Shown: one piece after another, positions 55,009-64,000 of the stretch
Layout of the letters: each line of letters begins with the position of its first letter
How positions within the stretch are numbered: the stretch's first letter is position 1
Translations under genes and position numbers: made by a program
Notes under the pieces: model-generated
The model's database searches: none
Told to the model about the DNA's origin: nothing
What the model saw: the letters and a program-made list of their open reading frames with translations, nothing else
Assembly: GCA_964016885.1 (NCBI GenBank)
Contig: OZ024741.1
Coordinates: 374,170,001-374,234,000 of the forward strand
Origin: Eledone cirrhosa
Lineage: Eukaryota
Direction: 5' to 3'
Length of the DNA: 64,000 nt

Positions 55009-55010
<2 letters not shown>
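54100..55010. mobile_element. pair of diverged tail-to-tail copies of an AT-rich element around (TA)n, each with a TTGATAA hammerhead-like core
   Basis: About 54250-54490 aligns in reverse complement with about 54606-54840. Motif TTGATAA-tgcat..atgct-GAAAC-cg-GTA at 54255-54284 (+) and about 54807-54837 (-). Confidence 0.6.
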
Positions 55011-55062
<52 letters not shown>

Positions 55063-55067
<5 letters not shown>

Positions 55068-56050
55068 TTAGTTAAGCAAAACAAGACCACACATTTCACA
55101 AGGAAGACATTATTAAAAGATTGTCAACATAGTTTTAGTTTAATGTAAGGAATGTAAAGAATAATAATAATAATAATAATTGTTTCTACTTTAGGCACAA
55201 GGCCAGCAATCACCCAGTGCATTACTGGTACTTTATTTTATCGACCCTAATACTAATAATTGTTTCTACGTTAGGCACAAGGCCAGCAATTACCAAGTGT
55301 ATTACTGGTACTTTATTTTATCGACCCCGTAAGGATGAAAGGCAAAGTTAACCTCGGCGGGATTTGAACTCAGAATGGCAAGGGCCGTAACTCTATGCGT
55401 CAAAGCATGGCGTCCGACCCTCTACCGATACTGCCAATCCACCGCCATTACTAATAATGTCCGTTTATAATTGTTTCACTACTCCATATAATGTTACTGG
55501 ATCAAATGATTATAGATCATTATTGATCTGGTTCAGATGAACATAATTAACTTAGGTAAGAATGGAGCAGTTCATCGGAACTTCAAAAGGAATAGGCGAG
55601 CAATATTCTTCTGTCGAGGCTGCATTATGTGAGATCTGCCTATGAGTAACAAGATGGGTAACACATAATGCAGCCTCGACAGAAGAATATTGCTCGCCTA
55701 TGGCAGACAATAGATAGACCCAGGACACCATAGTGAAATGCCAATATATGGAACATTACATCCATGTAACCATCTTTCTTTACCTTAATTTATATTCCTT
55801 TTGAAGTTCCGATGAACTGCTCCATTCTTACCTAAGTTAAATATGTTCATCTGAACCAGATCAATAATGATCTATAATCATTTGATCCAGAAACATTATA
55901 TGGAGTAGTGAAACAATTGTAAACGGACATTATTAGTATTATTATTATTATTATTTTACATTCCTTACATTAAACTAAAACTATGTTGACAATCTTTAAA
56001 TAATGTCTTCCTTGTGAAATTTGTGGTCTTGTTTTTCTTAACTAATGAAT
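55063..56050. mobile_element. nested foldback element (probable PLE pseudo-LTR remnant) with SINE insertions in the left arm
   Basis: Inverted pairs 55063-55170/55940-56050, 55449-55594/55793-55938 and 55592-55631/55662-55701; SINE copies at 55178-55446. Confidence 0.7.
55806..55924 (+). ncRNA. type I hammerhead motif, CCGATGA core, long stem II (inverted copy at about 55463-55581)
   Basis: gtt-CCGATGA-actgctccat..(74 nt)..atggagtagt-GAAAC-aatt-GTA-aac. Confidence 0.65.
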
Positions 56051-56234
56051 ATTTCCAGCTCTGTGCACCTAAACTCTGCATGAACCCAGCCACCTAGCGG
56101 CCTTCCACTGCATATTGCACATTGAGCACATGCCTTTACGCTTTGGCTTCTAACTAATTCACAAATCTCTCTTCTCCTCTCCTATCTCCATCTCTCTCTT
56201 TAAGATTGGTTACTCTTGAACTGTGTATATATAT

Positions 56235-56561
56235 TATATATATATATTAGGTATTTTGGTAGAAAAGGTAAAGGAAAGAAGAGTGCTCTATGTATAGTAC
56301 AGAGCTATTTAATTATATAATAAACAACACAATATAATTATTCCATTACCCAGGATTTCATGAAATTAGATGATTCTAATAGAAACGTCCAGTTGGTTCA
56401 ATTTCATCTGATGAACCAACTGGACGTTTCTATTAGAATCATCTAATTTCATGAAATCCTGGGTAATGGAATAATTATATTGTGTTGTTTATTATATAAT
56501 TAAATAGCTCTGTACTATACATAGAGCACTCTTCTTTCCTTTACCTTTTCTACCAAAATAC

Positions 56562-56577
<16 letters not shown>
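56235..56577. repeat. near-perfect palindrome, about 165-bp arms with 11-nt spacer, in (TA)n; contains a hammerhead motif at 56401-56472
   Basis: Left arm ends ...agttggttca (56400) and right arm starts tgaaccaact (56412). Motif atttcat-CTGATGA...GAAA-tcctgg-GTA-atggaat. Confidence 0.8.
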
Positions 56578-56598
<21 letters not shown>

Positions 56599-56602
56599 GA
56601 AA

Positions 56603-56652
<50 letters not shown>

Positions 56653-56739
56653 GAGGTGAGTTTTATTGTAGCACAATAAAGCAATGCAAATATCGGATAA
56701 GTAGCACTCTACAGTTTGGAGGACTGGAGTATAAATAAT

Positions 56740-56922
56740 TGTTTCTACGTTAGGCACAAGGCCAGCAATTATCCAGTGCATTACTGGTACTTTATTTTAT
56801 CGACCCCGTAAGGATGAAAGGCAAAGTTAACCTCGGCGGGATTTGAACTCAGAATGGCAAGGGCCGTAACTCTATACGTCAAAGCATGGCGTCCGACCCT
56901 CTACCGATACTGCCAATCCACC
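56740..56922 (-). mobile_element. young full-length main SINE with 18-bp TSD
   Basis: TSD gactgga(g/a)tataaataat at 56722-39 and 56923-40; nearly identical to the copies at 55260-55446 and 58745-58930. Confidence 0.9.
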
Positions 56923-57144
56923 GACTGGAATATAAATAATATAAGATCAAAAGATGGTTAAAAGAGTTCCAAGTATTTTATTATGCGTATTTCAAAAACA
57001 AATATCATCATGGGATGATATCTGCGTTCTCATCAGATAAAATAGCGAGACATGATATGAAGCTTAAAAAACACTTGTGATGATATTTTTTTTTGAAATG
57101 CGCATAATAAAATACTTGGAACTCTTTTAACTATATTTTGATCT

Positions 57145-57175
<31 letters not shown>

Positions 57176-58539
57176 ACATTGGCAGTTTTCTTTGCTGAGT
57201 GTCCTGCTTGATTACAAAGAACCCTGACAAGGAGCCAGACACACTGATACACATCCAACCCATTCCAACATAGAAAAAGGGATGTATTATGATGATGATG
57301 ATGATGGCGACGACGGCGACAATACAAACACTTACACGCATATCACTGAGACTGATATCATAGAAACTATTCATCTTGCGATGGACTGCGTTTAAAGGGA
57401 GGTAATTTTACATAAGGACGAAAATATTTCTTCAGGAAAATAGAAAGTTCATAGAATCTTTTCCTGTTTCTGGTATAATTTCCATTTAGAGAGGTAGAGC
57501 GCCGAACTAAAGATTGTGTGTATATTTAATCCAGGTTCATGTGTGAGTGAATTATGAGAGGAGAGATGTGGTTGCTGCGTGATACAACTGGTAAATGAAT
57601 GTGAGCCTTTTCTTCAGATGTTGCACTATTTGGATTTCAAATATTGTTGAAATTAAATACTATACATAGAATGTCTTCAACTCAGAAACTCAGAACATAA
57701 AGGGACGTAACTATGCCGCGAAGCATGATGTCCGACGCTCTACCGATTCTGCCAATCCACAGAAGAAGAAGAAGAAGAAGAAGAAGAAGTGAAATGAAAT
57801 GTGTAATCTAACTAAGGCCCTTATTTATAAAAACTCTATAGCATCTAATGGGATCCTTTTTTTCAAAAAGGGCCTCATAATGAGAACCTTGTAATGGGGC
57901 CTACAGTGCTAACTCATAGTTTAGCAAGGAAAATAGCCTTAATCCTTTTGTTACCCTGTTTCTAATGAAATACACAGTCCAGAATTTAGTGAGATATTCA
58001 TTATTAAGCTAATGTGAGGGCGGTGGATTGGCAGTATCGGTAGAGAGTCGGACACCATGCTTTGCAGCACAGAGTTACGATCCATTTACGGTCTGAGTTC
58101 AAAATCCGCCAAGGTTAACTTTGTCTTTCATACTTACAGGGTCGATAAAATAAAGCAGCAGTAACGTACTGGGGTCTTAATTGACATTCCCCGCCTCCAA
58201 AATTGCTGGCCTTGTGGTGGGGGTGGGTTAATTCAACATTCGTCGTTTTTTTACTTAAGTCTTGACTTATGGAACCAAGTAACGAGGTAGGGTGATGTGT
58301 ACCTGTATAGGAATACTGGCAATCTTCAAATCAAGGAATCTACTCTAACCCAAACTCTAACACAAACCCAAAATCAACAATAGACTAGAACTGAAGAGCC
58401 AGTGGCTATCATATTACCACACTTCAATAATTGATACAATCATAGCTTTGATTAAAATACAACTTAGAACACAAACAAACAACATGATTCATTCATCAAT
58501 TCCAGCATTGAAGAAACCCACCATTCTCAGATTAAATAA

Positions 58540-58930
58540 TTGTTTCTATTTTTGGCACAAGGCCAGCAATTAACCAGTAGATTACTGGTACTTTATTTTA
58601 TTGACCCCGTAAGGATGAAAGGCAAAGTTAACCTCGGCGGGATTTGAACTCAGAATAGCAAGGGCCGTAACTCTATCCGTCAAAGCATGGCCTGCAGCCC
58701 TCTACCGATACTGCCAATTCACTGCCCTATTCTCAGATTAAATAATTGTTTCTACTTTTGGCACAAGGCCAGCAATTACCCAGTGTATTACTGGTACTTT
58801 ATTTTATCGACCCCATAAGGATGAAAGGCAAAGTTAACCTCGGCGGGATTTGAACTCAGAATGGCAAGGGCCGTAACTCTATGCGTCAAAGCATGGCGTC
58901 CGGCCCTCTACCGATACTGCCAATCCACTG
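58540..58930 (-). mobile_element. two main SINEs inserted at the same target
   Basis: The target (attct)cagattaaataat occurs three times: before, between and after the two copies. Confidence 0.85.
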
Positions 58931-60299
58931 GCCAGATTAAATAATGCCACATAAGAACAACTCAAAATATCCTGCTCTGGCTTAGTTTCTCCAACTCTTC
59001 TTTTAATGAAGGGATTTTATTCCGAGATGATGATGATGATGATGGGGAGGAGGGGAGGAGGACGTTGTTGTCATCATCATCATCATCATCATCCTCGTTT
59101 TTGTTTGCTTTTCCACGCTAGCATGAGTTAGACAGGTCCTTTTCAACACAGCATCTCTCCACATCCTTCATCATCTCCACTCTGAGTTTCAGGGATATTA
59201 AAGTCTGATTAAACACCTCCAACAACTTTGTTATCATTAATTTTAACATTTAATGTCCCATTTGCCCTCTAAAAACACAATTTTCTATTCATTCCACAAT
59301 ACTTCAAGCAACAACACTCTCTTGTACATTGTTTAGAAATATTTTATTAGCCTGACAGAAAAGTGTCTAAATCCTTATTCTCTTAATTACTTATAGTAAA
59401 ATCTAATTAATTATTGATATAATTGATCAATTACAATTTTATTATATACTGGTGTAATTGATTAATTAATGAAAGACACAAGACTAAAGATACACCATAA
59501 TTAATGCACTTCCTTGTTATTTCACAGAAAGATAAAGAGATAAAATATGTTAAAAGGTTTGTTTCATGATAAATCTACTGAGATTTGCCATCAACATTTC
59601 TGTCAGACAAATATCTGCATGATATAGCTAAATTATTGGTGTAATATGGAGACACCAATAACAAAATTTACTTTTGCTTAGGAAGGCAACTCTTTAGAAT
59701 CAATTTTAACTTCACCTCAGTAATACTGTCTGCTCACTGTCTCCTGAGACTTATAAGAGACTCATTAAATCCTAGAGTGTTCCACCAGCAATAGCTGATG
59801 GGGATACTAACTTCTTCAGCCAGCCAAGACATCAATTTATTCCTACCATTTGACAAATTGTAGTAATTTCTTCTTATAGAATGTTAACAGATACCAAGTT
59901 AAATGTTATTTTATGTTGAAGAATTATCTGCTTTTCCCAGACATGCCACATTAACTCATTTCTAGCTAGGTCTACTGTATTTTAAAACAACAGCTTGACC
60001 TGACAGTCTCACAATGTTACAATACATCTAAAACATGCAAGCATGGAAAATAGATGTTATAAGCTGATGATGATGGGGAGGGGCTGATGGTGGCAGCGGC
60101 TGTGGCTAATGAAAATTATTACTTAGCAGATAGTAGTTATAAATCTAGTTAATTTTTAGAACAAACTAGAAGAATAAACATTTATTCTTACATTACTCCA
60201 ATTTAAAATAAATGAAAATGTTACATTTGCAATGAAAGGCAACAAAATACTTATTTGTTTCAACCCAGCTTCAAAATTAATAAAAATGATATACATTAA

Positions 60300-60507
60300 C
60301 CCTTTAGCATTCACTTTACTCTATATTTACTATTATATTATCTCGGTAAACGCTTTACCTCACATAATATCAAATCTATGAGATTTTGATATTATTCATT
60401 TTGAGAACAATACCTTAACATCAGAATGAATGGCCAGTTACAGCGGGTTTGAAGAGAAAGAAGTGAGAGAATTCTGGCTGGATATGGCCGGTTTAAATGC
60501 TAAAGGG
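60300..60507. mobile_element. piggyBac-type MITE
   Basis: TTAA|ccctttagcatt ... aatgctaaaggg|TTAA. Confidence 0.8.
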
Positions 60508-60680
60508 TTAAGACTGAAGAAATGATATACTTAAAACAATATACGTATATCCTCCAAAATGATAAAACAATAATTTGTTAACTCATTGATTATTTATTTA
60601 TAAGTTAAAAAACTTTTCAGTGAAATTGCTTTTGGTTCTATGATACAGAGTTGTTTATTTTGAAGTATTGATATATTTAG

Positions 60681-60910
60681 AAGGCACATGTCTTAGTGGT
60701 TAGAGAATTGGATTTGCAATCATGATGTTACGAGATCGATTCCCAGACTTGGTGGTATGTTATGTCCTTGAGCAAGACACTTTATTTTACATTGCTCTTT
60801 CTACCAGAATTTGCAACTGATAGATAGTATCAGCAATAGAAAGACCAATGAAAACATTGTTTCGTTGATCTGACGAGCTCCACTCAGTAAGCAAATGAAG
60901 TCTGGAATCT
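60681..60910 (+). mobile_element. tRNA-derived CORE-like SINE (second family; other copies at about 6196-6320 and 17310-17530)
   Basis: Head ggcacatgtcttagtggttagag...tcgattccc, CORE-like tgtccttgagcaagacact, tail gtatcagcaatagaaagaccaatgaaaacattgtttc. Confidence 0.65.
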
Positions 60911-61119
60911 TATTGATCGACTTCCTATATATTTATCTAAAAATCTTTCATCATAATTTTATGTAAATGCTTTTGTTAAGATGTTCCAAACATCAGCTAT
61001 GTTTCCTTATAAATATGAGAATGAAAGGGTTAATTATGAAAAATATATAAATCCATATTTGTAGAGAAACAGTACAGGATTTATCTCTTTCATAGTTGTA
61101 TTTCCAATGTTTCAATTAA

Positions 61120-61345
61120 TTGTGATGTGCATGGATGATGATCACTGGGTGAAGAAGTACCAAGTAATTCCAGAGGAGGGAAGCTGCAGTAGAAGGAAGA
61201 CTTGAATGGAAATGGTGTGTGTTGATCTCATATCATTAAAGCTCACACAAGAGATAACAAAGGAACACAACAAATGGAGAGAAGGACCCATCCAACCCAT
61301 GCAACCATGGAACAACAGACATAAAATGATGATGATGATGATTAA
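61120..61345 (+). mobile_element. RTE-type LINE 3' end with (GAT)n tail
   Basis: Degenerate MDDDHWVKK..GSCSR RKT*.. followed by ccaacccatgcaaccatggaacaacagacataaaatgatgatgatg. Confidence 0.5.
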
Positions 61346-62169
61346 TGAAGAATTTTGAAGGAATTACAAAAATTGTTATTTCATTATTTAGATTAGTAAC
61401 TTATAGTTTTTATATTAAATTATCATCATCATCTTCGTTTAACGTCCATTTTCCATGCTAGCATGGTTGAGAGATTTTAATTTGAATAGGAACCCTTTAA
61501 AATGGATGGTTTTATTTCACATAACCAGAGCTGGTTTGGGGCAGGTGAGCTGGTATTAAATGGGTTAAGGCAGTGAGAAATATTTATGTATTTCTCTTAT
61601 TTATGTATTTCTCTTTAGGGCAGTGGATTGGCAGTATTGGTAGAGGGTCGGACACCATGCTTTGCAGCATAGAGTTATGCCGCTTTATGGTCTGAGTTCA
61701 AATCCTGGTGAGGTTAACTTTGCTTTCATCCTTACAGAGTCGATAAAATAAAGTACCAATAACGTACTGGGGTCGACTTTCCCCTCCCCCAAAATTACTG
61801 TCCTTGTGCCTATACTAGAAATAATTTATGTATTCCTCTGTATATTAAAAAATATTAAGAGCTTGTAACAGATTAAGACCAGAAAGAAGAGGAGGCACAA
61901 TTAATAGCTTGACCATCCTTATATTAATACAATAATAAACTTCCCTCTTAAACAGTTAAGTATCGGCTTTATTGGCTTATTCCAACAAATTCATTTTTTT
62001 AAATTGATATTCAGCAGCAGCAGCAGATATAGTTGTTTTACTATTTTATTTGTTGAAGCTTCTCACTGCTGTCTTATTAATTTGGTTTAATAAAGCATAA
62101 TAAATATTGCTGTAATTATGAATGCTCTGTTAAAACTTTACAAGCTATAGAAATAACGTCAGCTTATAT

Positions 62170-62480
62170 TAACATGGACAGCTGACCTCTTCCGTAAAAT
62201 CGGATCAATAGCAGCCCATCTAATGAAGGTGCCCTGCAAGGTGGGGTGGCTATTGCAGCGCATGTTACTGGCCCTTGTCCATGGAAATGCCTTAGCCATT
62301 TTGTCCATGGGACGCAGCTGAAACACCGCTCTAGCCTAGGTGTAGAGTCTGTCACCCCCTCCCCTTCCCTCTTCCTTTGTCTACTAGGATTTGCTTTTCC
62401 CCTCCTTTTCCTCTCATTTATGGCATTTATAGGCTTTTCCAATGCTGCTTTCTTTTTCTATATGTTTAAACAATTTATAT
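62170..62480 (+). mobile_element. CRE-like 3' fragment, CpG-decayed
   Basis: TADLFRKIG...WLLQRMLLALVHGNALAIL plus a 3' UTR homologous to 30600-30930. Confidence 0.65.
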
Positions 62481-63266
62481 TTAAATTGTTTTTAATACAA
62501 AAAGGCAACGACTTGACAAAGTCGTTATAACGTCAGGTAGAGTATCAGTTGTTAGCTGCCGAGACACTGCATCCTTTAAAACCTCCATGCTTCTTGAAAT
62601 TTGCCAACACTACACCTGATATCTCCCCTCCATACACACGCACACATGTATATCATGACTCATACACTGTTCACTTTCCTGACATTTGTACATTATTCTA
62701 TGTACTATACATGCACCTTTGATGAGTTGTAGTGCACCTGAGCACTGTACACAATAATTTCATTATTTCATTTTTTTAGAGTGTTTTGCAGTATTCACTC
62801 TGTCTCTGCTTTCTGAGTTCAAATTCCGCTGAGGTCAACTTTACCTTTCATCCTTTCAATGTCGATAAAAAGGTACCAGTCAAGTACTGGGGTTGATACT
62901 TCTCCTATATCTCTTTCTCACTTCCTCTCTCTCTCACTTTCTATCTATCTCTGGAAGAAATCTGCTGCATTCAGACCTGGAGAGGGACAGGCTCTTCAAA
63001 AACTTTTTAAAATGTCCAAGAAACACCTTATGCCACTACAACACCCCTACGATTCCATCAGGACTTTACCATAACATACCATATTAATACAAATAGAGAA
63101 ATGGGCCAAGAAACCTGAAATATTTGTGATCTAAGCAAATCTACTTCAGTGATTAACATACCAGTGATTGGAAACCTGCAGCTCCAGACAGGACTAACTT
63201 TAGACCTTGGGGGCCCAGGACACTTCAGCTTTTGTGGACCCCCTCATATAACAACACACACACACA

Positions 63267-63300
<34 letters not shown>

Positions 63301-63554
63301 CAGAAGACCCGCCTTGCCTAAGTACAAAGCGAAACCTACAGTCAGTAGGCACCTCTTAACCAAAATACATCCCCGTCCCACTACCCCTACTCCCACCACC
63401 ATCTACACCACCCCTTTCGATGTAAAGTCATGTTGGTACCACAACATCCAGTCCTAAATAAATGAGGTCGTGTAGGTGTCACGACAAAAAACACACAGTC
63501 CACGCTGTAATGTGGCCGTGTAGGTAACACGGTAAAAACCTCCCAGTCCCACAC

Positions 63555-63720
63555 TGTAAACGTGGTTGGTGCTAGGAAGGGCATCCAGCCGTAGAAAACC
63601 CACCAGACAGTCCTGAGAAAGACAACCAATCTTGTCTCAAGTGGGAAAATTCCCGTCCAGACACATGCTAGCGTGGAATATGGACGTTAAACGATGATGA
63701 TGATGATGATGATGATGATA
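63555..63720 (+). mobile_element. SINE 3' part with RTE-like (GAT)n tail (third family)
   Basis: gttggtgctaggaagggcatccagccgtagaaa...catgctagcgtggaatatggacgttaaacgatgatgat; the tail is shared with 61290-61345, 59070-59130 (-) and 61420-61470 (-). Confidence 0.55.
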
Positions 63721-64000
63721 TATATATAAAGAGAGAGAGAGAGAAAAGGAGAAAGAAGAAGGGGCACTGTTTGGATGAGAGTTGCAGGGCACACACACAC
63801 ACTCCACCACCGATTGAAAAGGGTCCCATCCCGGATCTAGAATAACATTAAATTATTAGATAGGCGAAATAATTTTAAGGTTTTTTTTTATTAAGCACCA
63901 GTAATGCACTGAGGTCGATTTAATCGACTTTCAACTCCCCCAAAATTGCTTGCCTTGTACCTATAGTGGATATCATTATTATTATTATTAAGGGTGGTGG

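Noticed and set aside
57534-57680. Possible small exon with ATG and GT donor
   Set aside because: No homology recognised, and the next AG would give an intron under 30 nt; unsupported without RNA data.

Overview
AT-rich, microsatellite-saturated eukaryotic (metazoan) DNA. The repeat repertoire suggests a coleoid cephalopod such as an octopus (inference). I found no convincing host protein-coding gene, and most short ORFs in the track are microsatellite or SINE artefacts. The window is almost entirely transposon-derived. It holds a defective Gypsy LTR element with both LTRs (19288-24614; TACA TSD, tRNA-Trp PBS), a 5'-truncated Dong/R4-like RLE LINE with an open ORF inserted in (TAA)n (32066-34030, minus), and a Penelope-like element (PLE) with RT and GIY-YIG (50771-53330). 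It also holds Tx1/L1, RTE and CRE-like LINE fragments, dozens of tRNA-derived SINEs of at least three types, MITEs and Helentron-like elements. The most striking unannotated signal is about ten type I hammerhead-ribozyme motifs from several unrelated sequence families. Most lie in short non-coding foldback (inverted-repeat) elements embedded in (TA)n/(TAA)n tracts. Several have unusually long stem II insertions and palindromic stem III, and two families carry the compensatory U3-A8 core variant. All alignments and folds were done by eye and need computational confirmation.
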